DNA of 63,632 nt, filler included, from Reticulomyxa filosa (taxonomy: Eukaryota; Protista; Foraminifera), in NCBI GenBank assembly GCA_000512085.1. It is 21 parts of 21 records of this genome, joined end to end, with 100 filler letters (N's around TTAATTAATTAA, not from the genome) between each part and the next. Parts side by side here need not be neighbours in the genome. Positions count along the whole stretch, not along the records: positions 36,284 to 39,330 come from ASPP01021056.1; positions 39,431 to 41,524 come from ASPP01026593.1; positions 41,625 to 42,747 come from ASPP01043812.1; positions 42,848 to 44,182 come from ASPP01021996.1; positions 44,283 to 47,257 come from ASPP01005149.1; positions 47,358 to 48,500 come from ASPP01028863.1; positions 48,601 to 56,084 come from ASPP01002859.1; 14 more parts are not named here. One strand, given 5' to 3'. Below, piece after piece: positions 37,508 to 51,166 of the stretch. The stretch's first letter is position 1. The number at the start of each line of letters is the position of its first letter. The notes below the pieces were generated by a model, which searched no databases, was not told the DNA's origin, and saw only the letters and a list, made by a program, of their open reading frames with translations. A program made the translations under genes and the position numbers.

Positions 37508-38033
37508 TGTTTACTTTTGTTTTATATCTCACAAAAAAAATTTTTTTTTGGCTGAGTAAAATGATATTTGATATTTCAATAAATACTTGTTTAAATTATT
37601 CACCTGCATCATTTTTCTCTCAGCTATCACCTGATTTTTTAAATTTCCAATCACGTGCAATCAATAGGTATGTTAAAAAAAGGAACATTTTTCTTTGAGA
37701 TGATTTAGTTTGCTCTTTTTTGGCAAATTTCAAAATAAATTCGCAACACTCTATTTACCATTTTTTATAAAACAACAATGAAAAGTAAATACATTTACAA
37801 ACACTGTAACATTTCAACAAAAAGTCAAACTGACACGCCAAATTCTAAAATCAATGTTTGATATAAATTAAACTTATCTTTAGCGTCTGTCCTGGACAAA
37901 AACAAAACATGAACTAAAAAAAGACGACTGTTCATTGTTGAGCTCAATAGATTTGTTAATCGGGCATTGTTTTGCTTATAAGCACGCTCCTTTCATAATA
38001 TAAATAATTTAAAGATTGTGCTTCACTACGCAA

Positions 38034-39295
<1,262 letters not shown>

Positions 39296-39759
39296 TGTTT
39301 CGTATTTTGTGTACATTTTTTTTTTTTTTTNNNNNNNNNNNNNNNNNNNNNNNNNNNNNNNNNNNNNNNNNNNNTTAATTAATTAANNNNNNNNNNNNNN
39401 NNNNNNNNNNNNNNNNNNNNNNNNNNNNNNTACATTATAAAGAAATCAAAGCAGCATTTAATTGATAATATGTATTACATTTCAATTAATAAATTTAATG
39501 AACGATATAATCAAACATCTTGAATTACAAAGAAAATTGAATAAAGAACAAATAAATACATTAATTTCAAAGATGAATTGTAATTATGTAATTTTAAAAG
39601 AGCAATTGTTATATTATATTTTTATTTTATTTTAAAAAATAACAAATAGAAAAATAAAGAATTGAACTTGAAATTAAAAAAAGAAATTGAATTAAAAAAT
39701 TAATAAAGAAATATTAATTATAATAAAGAATTATTCAATTTTAATGTAGTTAACTGTGA

Positions 39760-40010
39760 AGAATTTAATTGACATCAAGCTATGGTTACAAGTATTGATT
39801 ATTCAAAATTTGACTATTGTCAACTCATTTGTTCGTGATCAGTTGATCAAACAATAAACATCAAAATGCCATTTGTTCTTCACCAAAAGACAAAACTATC
39901 GTTTTGGGGATTTCAAATATAATAAGCAATTTCAAATATTAAATGGACATACTGATTGTGCTAATGGAATTGAATTTTCACCGTTTAACTGTGGTAAATG
40001 TTTGTTCCGG
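39760..40010 (+). pseudogene. WD40-family remnant
   Basis: DKTIVFGDFKYNKQFQILNGHTDCANGIEFSPFNCG resembles the WD40 family at 62365-63537, but with stops, frameshifts and deletions. Confidence 0.65.
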
Positions 40011-40616
40011 TCAACATTTTTCAAATTTTTTAAAAGTATCTACGAATCTTCAAGTGTTTTACAACATTAATATTGTGCTTTATTAATTTTTGTAATTTTT
40101 TTTGTTTTTAGCTACTTTTGAAGTATTTTACCTTTTTTTCCTTTTCCAATACAACGGTTACTGGCTACTCTTATTCCAAAAATGAAATCTTTCTGGTCCT
40201 CTTGTTTTTAATTTTAATATTAGATTGAATGTGTATTTTGATAAGATAACATTTTTGCAAAAGGAAATAAGAAAATTGTTCTTTTGGAAAATAAATGAAT
40301 TGGATTAACATTTGAATATACCACTCTTCATCAAGCAGCCTACAAACAGCTGAAACAGATGATATCACATTGTTTGTCTTTTGGTGGAATACTCACTCAT
40401 CCATTGGTGATGAAATATGTTTTCATTTTCTGTTTTTTTTTGGGTTTTTGTAAGTGAACTTTTCAGTTTGAATGACGACGTAAACAATGTAAATTGTAAA
40501 AATGCAATTTAAAAAAGTATAAAATTGTAATCTCTTTTTATTCGAAATATTATAATTATTTGGTGGGTAAAGGAGGAAAAGCAAAATGAACTCAATTCCA
40601 AAGAAGTGGATGGGCT

Positions 40617-41524
40617 CTACAATCCCAACTGATCGACAAAAGATTTTAATGTCTTAAAGTATTCCAAAGTGATGTGGATGAGGCCGACTAATTCAGTATT
40701 TTTTTTGACTTGCTCGGCCTCAATGCGTTCTTGTAGTATTTTCATTGACAAATCAATTTCTTTGGCGTAATTAAAATCAGAACATATATCTTTCATTTGT
40801 ATAATCAAGTCTTTGATTTCTGTCTGTTTACTTGCAATTTCCTTTTCATACTTATCCACTGTTGCATTCAAGCTTTGTAACAATTGATTTTTGGAGTCAA
40901 TGTCAGTGGAAGCCTTTTCAATTAACTTGAGTTGTTCCATGTCAAGGACATCAACTAACTGTTCCTTTTTCACCCATTTCACTCTCATGTGTACATGAGA
41001 CGTATAATGATGATCGCACTCCTTGCAATGATCACCGGACATTGCAGCACAACCTTTGAAAATATCGGATCCCTTACCGTGGTTTCATTTAAGCTACAAT
41101 TTTCATGACAGTTTGAATCACATATGCAACAGATGGTGTTGTGATACGGCGTTGGTTCCTGCTCGGAATGTGTTCGTTTTTGTTTTTTATATTTTTTCAA
41201 ATCCAACTTCTGTTTTTGGTCCGTCATTTGAGTCACTTCGGTTATCACACTGGATATTCTTAGCTTTTCTTCTGTGAGCTCGTTACATTTTTTTTGCAAA
41301 AGCATCAATTGATTTTTGAAGTTGTCCCTTTTTTCCTTGAGTTTTCTAAATTCGCCAGTGTCCGTGATCTCCATGTCGCTTGCTGTATCCAAGAAATTTT
41401 TCATTTTTTTTTTCAGAGTCTCGTACAGGAAATTGACTTCGTTCATTGTTGTTTCTTCCTCTGTTTTTGGATCGATTGAAAATATCTCATTGTTCATGTA
41501 AAATACATGTTTGGCAGGTATCGG
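40617..41524 (-). CDS. Coiled-coil protein with Cys/His-rich module, similar to C-termini of septin/AIG1-like P-loop GTPases; one frameshift
   Basis: HNTICCICDSNCHENC...GC...CKECDHHYTSHVH..VKW lies between two coiled coils. ORFs 40985-41497 and 40617-41042 join by a single-base shift near 41072. The N-terminus is missing. Confidence 0.5.
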
Positions 41525-41739
41525 NNNNNNNNNNNNNNNNNNNNNNNNNNNNNNNNNNNNNNNNNNNNTTAATTAATTAANNNNNNNNNNNNNNNNNNNN
41601 NNNNNNNNNNNNNNNNNNNNNNNNTGGATATCGTTAGCTTTACAAAAAAAAAAATGAAGTATACGTTTTGACTCCGCAGAGTGAAAAAGTAGACTCCGAA
41701 AAATGTAGTAAGGAGTTTGGATTTTTTTTATATCGTAAT

Positions 41740-42720
41740 TTATTTACTTGTTTGTTTAGATATTATGATTAACTGTAATCCAATAATCCGTAAATCCACA
41801 CATTTGCTATGCTTCATTGCGTTCTTGATGATCTGCTCGTGCCTCTGCTTGAACCAAGCAGTTAGCTTGAGTTGGTGTTTGCGAAGCTGGGAAGGAATGT
41901 GTGGAATGTGTTCCTCGCAGTATTCAAAAGGGTCGATAAGCAGCCCTTCCTCATGGACGGGGAGCTGCTGTTCGTTGTGGGACGAATGGGTTATATTGGA
42001 GCGTGCAGAAGCGGTAGTAGAAGAAGAAGAAGATGTAGCAGAAGATCGTAAACTGGAATAATCCGATTTGATAAGCTTGGAGTTTACCTGACGTTGAATA
42101 TCATTGTTAGTATCTTTATTTTTGGGGGTGATACAATCAGCAGCATCAGCAAACACAGAATATGCTTCTTAGATAATGTCATAATATTTATGTTTTTTTT
42201 GTTATTATTATTATTATATCTGACATTGCGATTGTTATGATTGCTATTATTGCCATCTTTATTCAATTTGAAATAGCAATGCACAATGAGTGCTTCATAC
42301 GCAGAGCTAGTCAAACTCTTGTTGGGCCGCAATAACTCGGGAAGCGTGCGGATGAGTGGTCACGAAGAAGAACCATCCCTTGAGAAATGCAATGCAAGCA
42401 CGACGCTCTTCTGAGATCACTCCAAAACTGGGACATAGCAATACTGCTTTTAGGATCTCTTTCACCGCGTGACTCTAGTCCTTCGCAAAGTCGACATGAT
42501 CCATATCTACAATGCACTCCGACAACAAGTCGCCACATATACTAAGCAAATCCTTCTTTGGATCCAATTCATATACGTTTGTGCCCCACATTTTGCAATG
42601 GAATGACAACAACTGCACACGCTTACGCGTGAAACACATGTCGATCTTGCTCTGCAAGTTGTTCTAAAAGATTGACAGCTCGTGCTTCTTCTCAAATTTC
42701 GAGTATGATATCACACTATA
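41740..42720 (-). CDS. Hypothetical multi-exon protein fragment
   Basis: Same-strand ORFs 41740-42156, 42084-42332 and 42311-42538 with coding-like composition. No family recognised. Confidence 0.3.
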
Positions 42721-44143
42721 TGTCCGCATGTTTCCCTTTTTTTTTTTNNNNNNNNNNNNNNNNNNNNNNNNNNNNNNNNNNNNNNNNNNNNTTAATTAAT
42801 TAANNNNNNNNNNNNNNNNNNNNNNNNNNNNNNNNNNNNNNNNNNNNTTTGATGTTTTTTTGATTTATTTATTTTGTTTTGCTGCTTTGATTGCTTTATA
42901 AATTAAAAAAATTAATTAAATGTTGTTTTATCATAAAAAAAATAAATAATCTTCACAAAATGCGGTTTTAGTGCTAGTTTTTTTTTATATAGACTTTAAT
43001 TTTTTGAAAAAACAATTTTTTAATTTAGTAAACACCAATCAGAAGAAAATACATTTACCAGCTTCATGTTTCCGAATTCCTATGTTTGGTTTATTTACCG
43101 TTTACTCTTTACATTAATTGCATAATATTACTTTTTACATGTTAATGCTATTATGTGCTTTTTTCTTCAGCTATGTACTCTGTTGAATCTGAAAGAAAAA
43201 TGCAGCGAACACTCCATTCAACACGTAAAAAGATTTGTTATATTGTTTGAGTATTTTATTGTTTGAGTATTAATGGTTGAAGAATTTATTGTTGTAGCTG
43301 GAGTATCTGCTAACATGAACAGACTTATTCACAATAAATTTTTTCAACACCTGCACTATATTGAAAAGTTAGCAAAAATTATTCAAGCACTACTGTATTT
43401 TGTCTGGGTGTTGAATCTCAAACTTGTTTGGCTTGTTTTAAATCACGCAGATAATCCAAAGAAAAAATATAATACTACTATGTCACACAATGCTTCTCAT
43501 TGTAACAGCATACACATGGATGAGTCAGAATTTGTAAAGAATATCGAAAAAAAGAAAGAAGAGGAAAGTAATGTAACGTCTGGTAGGTTGTGCACTAAGA
43601 GTGAAAAAACTTGTAATTGAAGACATTGCCAAAAAAATAGCATTTCTTTCATAACTAAATCAATTACTTTTTGCCGTGAACGACACAAATAGATGTCCAA
43701 GATGAAAAACAAAACACGACAGATAATACTGGAGCAGAGCATGTGCATTAAAAAAAAAGTTTTATGTTGCAAAAGTTTCAACTTTTGAGCCTAGTAATCA
43801 AACTACCCTACAAAAAAAAAAAAAAAAAAACAAAGCCAACATTGCAAATGAATGAACACTGTTTGCAAATGGGTCCAAATCCAAACCTGCAAAAGAGGGA
43901 TATCAACAAAAGCAAGAACCCGACCGTGGTAAGTGACAAAAACGAAACAAAAACAAATGCAGAAGTGAATGAAGGAGAACAAAAAGATGACCCAACATCT
44001 CATACGATACATATGAGTCCATTACAAGATGGAATGAAAGGGTTAGACAGACATCATATGCATAGTTTAAGATTGGAGAAGAGATGTTGTTTTGGATTTG
44101 ACATTGGTCTGTTTGTTTCCTCTTCTTTCATTTCATTGGAGAA

Positions 44144-44182
<39 letters not shown>

Positions 44183-44746
44183 NNNNNNNNNNNNNNNNNN
44201 NNNNNNNNNNNNNNNNNNNNNNNNNNTTAATTAATTAANNNNNNNNNNNNNNNNNNNNNNNNNNNNNNNNNNNNNNNNNNNNGCCTATTTGTTGTGTATA
44301 ACCAATTCTTTGTGCTTTTCCTTTGTAAATAAAAAAAAGATGTTTGGCACATTAAAATCTGCTTTAAGTATTTTCATATTTCATTCTTTTTTCAAGAAAT
44401 TTTTTGCAAAAAAACAACAGTTACAATCAAATGTTCACAATCTTTTCTTACTAAAATGTGCCGAAGGTTCATGGCTCTGCTTTATTCTTATTGCCATATT
44501 TTTCTATTGTGTCTTACCACAGAAATTATTCGTCTCATACATTTAGGAATGGAGATGAATTGAACACGAGAGTGGTACCACAACTTGGATACAGAATTGA
44601 GATGAATGAAAGTAAACTAAATCTAAGTTTAGATGAAATTAAAGATCTTTATTCTGCGACTTTCTTTTCTTGTTTTTAAATTGTATCCGCTTTCCTGGGA
44701 AAGGGCAATTCGAAAAATTAAAGGTTTGAGTGCCCAAAATAAATGT

Positions 44747-45337
44747 TCACAATTTGTGGTGAGTGTATTGAAAGTCAGAAAAAACAACTTCAACAAATCC
44801 AGAAGATTCTACGTGAGAATATTCAGGAAAACATGCAACAACACTCCTCTTCAACAAGTGGGTGTCAATATCATTATGATATTTAAAAATAGCCATTTGT
44901 TTATATTTTTTTGCCAGTTCTTTCATGTTTGCATCTCCGTCCTCGGGCGAACTTTTCAAAAACTGAACAGTGTAACCGATTTCATCTCCACCTTTAGAAG
45001 TGATAATACTATCAATTAAGTTTTTATCACTCCACTTTTTTAAATCAGACAATAATTGTTCATTTGCCATTGTGTTGAACTCTTGGGACTTATTTTCATT
45101 CATTGGGTTCATTGCTGTGATTGAATACCATACTCCACACTTTAAACAATGAGGAATCTGTTTTTGCTGCATTGCACGAAGTTTTGTGTGCTCAATATCT
45201 AATGTTTGCCTTGTCTGAAGGTGACCAAAGTTGCTTACTTTACTTTTATTCCATATTGAGATACCCACTTGTGTTTGAGTTGTGTTACGTGGGAATATCA
45301 ATGTTTCTATTTGTTCAAACCACTGTTTTTTGAGCAT
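44747..45337 (-). CDS. DUF3293-like protein
   Basis: SITAMNPMNENKSQEFNTMANEQLLSDL and ELAKKYKQMAIF match the DUF3293 pattern ITAxNP...ENxxxNxxLxxxL...LxxxFxQxAI. A possible in-frame 54-nt intron lies at ~45215-45268. Confidence 0.65.
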   Translation of the reverse strand: MLKKQWFEQIETLIFPRNTTQTQVGISIWNKSKVSNFGHLQTRQTLDIEHTKLRAMQQKQIPHCLKCGVWYSITAMNPMNENKSQEFNTMANEQLLSDLKKWSDKNLIDSIITSKGGDEIGYTVQFLKSSPEDGDANMKELAKKYKQMAIFKYHNDIDTHLLKRSVVACFPEYSHVESSGFVEVVFSDFQYTHHKL

Positions 45338-46263
45338 TCCTCACAACTATTTAAAAAAGTTCAGCAGATTTACACACCCACATATGTCGTAATTTTTTGT
45401 GGCTGATTGTTCTTGTTCTTCATATTACTTTCCGTTATGGTCTTTGCATTTAATTTCATTCAAAAATGCTTTTAAAGTTCAAAGTATTGCAAAAGGACTG
45501 ACTTAAAGCTAGTGCGGAAAAGCATTCAATTGAAAACAACAAAAAAGAAAAAAAAAAAGAAGCGAGGGGGGAACATTATAACCAACTTATCAATCAATAA
45601 AATGTTGTAAAGTGGAATGTGCCAGTAAAACTGACACAGCCAAAAACATTGAATCAGCATCAATACTTTCAAACAACATACTCCTAACTCAAAACACTGA
45701 TTGACAGCAATGGTTCATGTTCGAGTCAAGCACACAAACAAGCAACAGACAGAAAAAAACTGGACAAAAAAAGTCCATCTCACAAAATAAAGCCAAAGTG
45801 AATAGAAAGACGCAAAAAAAAACAACACCTTTTATTCCCCAAATGTTCGTCGCCGTTAGTTTTTAAAAACATTTTTTAAAATATTATTTTCTATTCCCAA
45901 ATGGTGATGGGAGTGGAACAAAAAGGCTCAGCGCAAGAATAAATGGGGAAAAAAAAATGAAATAAAATCAATCACAAATACTCAATAGTAATCAAGGTAG
46001 CAAAAGTTAGAACAACAAAAAAAAAATAGTTAACGACCATACCAAAAGATACTGAGCAAAATGTTATAATTTTTTACATTAAGACAAACAAGCCAAAAAA
46101 AATATAAAAGAATAAACAAGTTATGTATTTGATTTTACTGGAAAGCACACTTCCAAAATTTTTTCATATCTGTGAAGAAACAAATATCATCCAAAATGAT
46201 ATACAAAATTGTGATGTGTTACGAAAATGTGATTAAAACAAAATGATTCTATTCCAAACAATT

Positions 46264-47090
46264 TTAAATATATGTATACATGTTTATTTTTTTTTTTAAC
46301 TCGTCTGAAGCGACAAAACGGCCAAACGAATCTCTTGAGAGCAATTCATAGCTATCCCGTTACAACAGCAACAAAACAACATAAGAAATTTTTTAAAAAA
46401 GTGAAGCACGGACAAAGTAGCAGAAAAACGTGTAAAAAGCAAGCAAACAAACAAACTAAACACTTCTCTCAAAGCCCGATCAAACAATCGAATCATTTCC
46501 TTAAGAAAGTCTTTTGTCTCTTCAATACTGGGTCTGTTGGCTCCACTGCCAAAGTCATCAGTAAGCTTATTTACAAATTTACTAATAGCACTGCGTGCTA
46601 TGATTCAAACATAACATGCGACCCCCCCCCCCCCCCGCCCACCCAAAAAAAAATAAATGTGCGTCTACTAATATGAAAAAAAAAAAAAAAGGGCCTCGAT
46701 GACTAATGTTGACTGACGACACGGCCGAGCCATCAATATATCTGTAGTGAAGATTAACAAATCCGTTGAGGATCTCCGAAACGGTGTTTGTTTCGAGATT
46801 CCCTTTTTCGGCATTTGGTGCCGACTTGGATTTGGACTTTGTTTTGGACTTTTCGATGGGGCCTCCTCCTCCTCCTACGTCGGAGGAATTCACCGTGACG
46901 ACAAGAGCGTGTGGTGGTACCGGAGAGGCCTCTTTGTTGTTTTCCTCTGAAGTCGTGGAGGACCTAACCGAGTTCATTCGAGAGATGCCCTTGTTTTTTT
47001 CGTTTAACTTGAGCACGCTCTTGGGGAGTTTCAAATGCATTCCAAGCACGTCATCTGGAAGAATTCTGATATGACACAATCAACAACCGT
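46264..47090 (-). CDS. RGS-domain protein, C-terminal part
   Basis: LHYRYIDGSAVSSVNISH / LFDRALREV / LLSRDSFGRFVAS match RGS helices 5-9 (IYxxYI...VNI...F..A..EV..LM..DSF.RF). Confidence 0.8.
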
Positions 47091-47357
47091 ACACCATACA
47101 ATAACCAAAAAAAAAAGGGGGGGGGGGGGAGGGAAGCAAAATGCTATGTGTACTAACTACCATAACTTATTTTTAGCAATGAGGTACTTTAATTGCAAGT
47201 ATTGAATAATAAACAATAAGTGCTATTCAATCAATAAAATTAAAAAAAAAAAAAAAANNNNNNNNNNNNNNNNNNNNNNNNNNNNNNNNNNNNNNNNNNN
47301 NTTAATTAATTAANNNNNNNNNNNNNNNNNNNNNNNNNNNNNNNNNNNNNNNNNNNN

Positions 47358-47412
47358 CAATCATCTCTATAAGGTGCAGCGTTAGTGTCAACTTTACTTT
47401 GATTCTACTGTA
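47358..47412. mobile_element. Tc1/mariner-type TIR end plus TA (second copy)
   Basis: Near-identical to 9834-9890; ends in TTCTACTG|TA. Confidence 0.7.
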
Positions 47413-47832
47413 TAAAAAATTTTATCTGATGAAATGATAAAAATATTAATTGCTGCTTAGAAAACAAACATTATTGGATTTTTCAGCACATGCCATAAAT
47501 CGGAAAAAATTATCAAACAGTTAAAACGAAAAAAAATAAATATAATAGATTTTCCTCCAATTCTCCCGACTTGATCCAATCGAAAATCTTTTGTGTCTAG
47601 TAAAGACAATAATTCACAAAAAAGGATCATTTAATACCACTGAAGAACTTTGGAACAAATTCGAAATAGAATTGGAAAAAGTAGAAAAAGACATTTGTGA
47701 AACCTTAATAAAGTCAATGCCAAAGAGAATACAATCATTAAAAAAGCCAAAGTAGATTTAACACGTTGGTAAAGTTGAATATCAAATAAAAAACAAAATA
47801 TTATCATCAACTTTCTTTTTTATCATACTGTA
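47411..47832 (+). mobile_element. Decayed Tc1 transposase 3' half with right TIR
   Basis: Frameshifted YKKIL...YWIFQH(DNA deleted)CHKS...IIDFPP(N)SPDL(N)PIENL...EELWNKFE...LIKSMPKRI. It ends in TCAACTTTCTTTTTTATCATACTG|TA at 47832. Confidence 0.85.
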
Positions 47833-48067
47833 ATCTTTCAATAAAAAGGATAATCATATTTTTCTTCTTTTTCTACAGAATATGTCAAATTCAATTTGAT
47901 TAATAAATTGTTGAAATGCTTTTTGTACAATGAAATATTCAAAGTGGACATATTTGAATGCAGTCAAATTTACAAGCAGAATCTTCTATGAAAAAAGAGA
48001 AATCAATTGATTGGTAGTGAAAATTTATTTTATTTAATTCATTCAAAAAAACTCAAATTAAATTGAG

Positions 48068-48500
48068 TTACCCCCAGATGTAAATAGTACCTCTAAATGA
48101 ACCATAACACAGCTTGACAAGATTATCATTGCTGTTAATTTGTTTTCCTTTCTTTTTCAATTGTAGAAATTCAATGCAATATATTCCACCATCCCTCTCA
48201 TCTCCTTCGAGAACATACAATTCTTTTTTATTTGATCGAATATCCCAAAAACGAATTGTTCTATCAATTGACGCAGAACATATTACATTCGAAATATTAC
48301 CAATTTCAATATTATTTATTACAAATGGCGAATATTTAACAACGTTCACTTCCTTCAAATGTCCATTGAACACTTGAATTTGTTTACCAGATCGAATATC
48401 CCACAAACGAACACTTTTATCATGCGATCCAGATAATATTGTATTTGCACCACCAATATTTCCTAATTCATTTGATCCATATTTTATACTCATAATCGCG
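48068..48500 (-). CDS. WD40-repeat protein, C-terminal part
   Basis: ILSGSHDKSVRLWDIRSGKQIQVFNGH, ICSASIDRTIRFWDIRS. Same family as 62365-63537. Confidence 0.9.
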
Positions 48501-48600
48501 NNNNNNNNNNNNNNNNNNNNNNNNNNNNNNNNNNNNNNNNNNNNTTAATTAATTAANNNNNNNNNNNNNNNNNNNNNNNNNNNNNNNNNNNNNNNNNNNN

Positions 48601-50012
48601 TCCATTGAATATTTGTAATTGTTTATTATGTTTGAAATCCCAAAAACGAATAGTGTTGTCATATGATGAAAAACAAATAACATTTTGATGATAATTATAA
48701 TAATGATATGATGAAAAATTTCACACAATACACTTCGGATGAATGTTCATTGAATGATTGAATTTGTTTGTTGTTATCAACATCCCATACACGAACTGTT
48801 TTATCATTTGATCCAGAACAAATGAATTGACAATCATCAAATATTGAATGATCAATACTCCACACAGTAGTCGTATGTCCAGTGAATGTATTGCTTAATT
48901 TTAAAGAACGCATCAATTGAAAATCTAAAATGGATGATTTGCGAATAATATTCTGTGTTTGTTCTTCTTTATTTTCAGTAATTTGTTGTTTTTGCTTCAA
49001 TTGAATTTCTTGTTTTATTTTTTGAATTTCATGGTCTTTTGATTCGATATCTTTTTTTAATTTTTCAATCTCAACAAATGTTGTTTTCTGTTTAATCATT
49101 ATTATTATTATTATTGTTATTTTTTGCTTTTAATATTTTTGAATCAATAAAAAACAAAACAAAAAAAAATAATAAACTTGAGTAGATATTAATTGTATAT
49201 TTTCTTTTTGATATTGCTCCAATTGTTCATCTTTTTTGACTTTCAATTGTAATTTCACTTTAAGTGTTTCATTTTCCAAATTTAATTTACTAATTTCTTC
49301 CTATTTTTATTTTTTTTTTAAAATGGTCATATATATTTATATATATTTTGTAAAAATAATGAATAAATAATGATACCTGATATTGTCGAATAGTTTGTTG
49401 TAATGTATTAAATGATTTGATAACCAAATCAAAATGTAATTTCATATTTGATGTTAAATGATCATCAATCGCAGATTTTAAACACTTGTGATTGCATCCA
49501 AATGGCTCAAACCAACATTTAATCATTTGTAGACAACAAGAATGTTCCAAATGATCATTCACGTGTTTCACTTTTCCTTTGAAATCACAACTAACAATTC
49601 CAGGTGTTTCTCCTTCTTCACGTCCTTGCTGTGTTGATGTTTGTAGTTGTTGTCCTTGTTGAAATTGTCGTGGACATATTACATCCAATTCATTAATATA
49701 TCGCTTTGCCATTCGACTTTGAGAATACGAACAATTGTTATGAGGTTCAATTGGACAAGAATTTGGGTTTTGACTAAGAAATTGATTCAAACAATTCTCT
49801 CCAACAATCAATGATTCATCCATATTTTTATGTTGAGAGCAATTGATTTCCATTGGGTTGTTGGCGACTTGTTTGCAAATCAAACAAACAACATCGTGAA
49901 TGTCTTCCTGTTGGTTTAATTGTAAAACCCAATTTTTGTCAAAGCAAGACTGTTGTTCAGTAATTGATTTCAAATCCAGTTTTGCAATTTCTTTGCTTTT
50001 TTCTTCTTCCAT
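48601..50012 (-). CDS. RING-like/TRAF zinc finger + coiled coil + WD40 protein, 3'-truncated, frameshift(s) in homopolymers
   Basis: [11 protein letters not shown]...C..H...GENCL...CP; CDFKGK...HLEHSC; [10 protein letters not shown]...HL..NMKLHF; a coiled coil; then [13 protein letters not shown]...[13 protein letters not shown]. Frame shift at a T-run near 48716. Confidence 0.85.
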
Positions 50013-50749
50013 TTTACTTAGTTTTTTCCTTTTAGGTTTCTTGGTAGATGATTTAGAGGAATTGATTCTGGAGTTTTTTTTGGCCAACTCTAATTTTTTT
50101 TTTAATACAAAAAATCCACTATAATGAAATACAATTTAATATATATTGCATAATTTCAAAAATCAACAGCAAATAAAAAATATGTGAATATACATAATAA
50201 TAAAATTTTTCTCTTTTTTTTTTTAAGAGTCTATTGCAAATTGAAAATTCTCTTTAAAAAGACTTTTGTACGAAGATAAGATGATGTTTCCCCGAAAATT
50301 AAAAAAATAAACATATATACAGTTATTTTCTTTAAATGTGTTAATCCTTGGTCAAGTTTCAAGTTGTTTTTTTTTAGTAAGGCCGATTCTGCCACATGTG
50401 ATGGCAAACACATAGATGAACATATAAATACAATTAGTCCATCCTCAAGGATGATGTTTAATTAACATCACTGGAACCATGGTAAGGATTATTTCTTTAA
50501 AGAATTGCAAACTTTTTGAAATGTGGTTTTATGAAAGACGAAATATTTTAAAAAATTTCTTATGATGAAGAGTTACTAGTTAATTCAAGTGATATTTTTT
50601 TACTTAAAACGGGAAGGCTTTCTAAGTTTATTTCAACAAATGATAAATAAATATGTTTACATTATATTTTTTTTTTGCTAATTGTATAGACAGAAAAAGT
50701 TCAAGTTTTTTTTTTCAAAGAAGGGTTAAAAAAATTTATCTACATCAAA

Positions 50750-51133
50750 ATGGAACAACTACAAGATAGCTTTAGCATAATTGAAAAAGAGTTTGTTTCA
50801 AAACTCTTGAACTTGTGTAAAGAAAATTTTGAAGAAGCAACTAAGATTCTAACTTTCCTCAAAGACAACAAGTTAAAACTAATTTACAACATACATTTTT
50901 TTTTTTTTAATAACAAACTTTGTTTAATATTATCAATTATAGAACAACTTCTCAACAACAACTGTATTTAATTCAATTATTAGAAACATTTGGTAATAAA
51001 ATTAATAAAACAGTTATTTTAAATACATGGAAACAATCTAATCAAATTTTTGCAGATATGTATATGAAATTAAAAAAAATTTCTTCTACTTACAACATCA
51101 ATGAGTTAAAAAAATAAACAAAATGTTTATAAT

Positions 51134-51166
<33 letters not shown>

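Noticed and set aside
43273-44160. ORFs 43273-43620 and 43764-44234
   Set aside because: No recognisable motif and no consistent exon structure. Not called.
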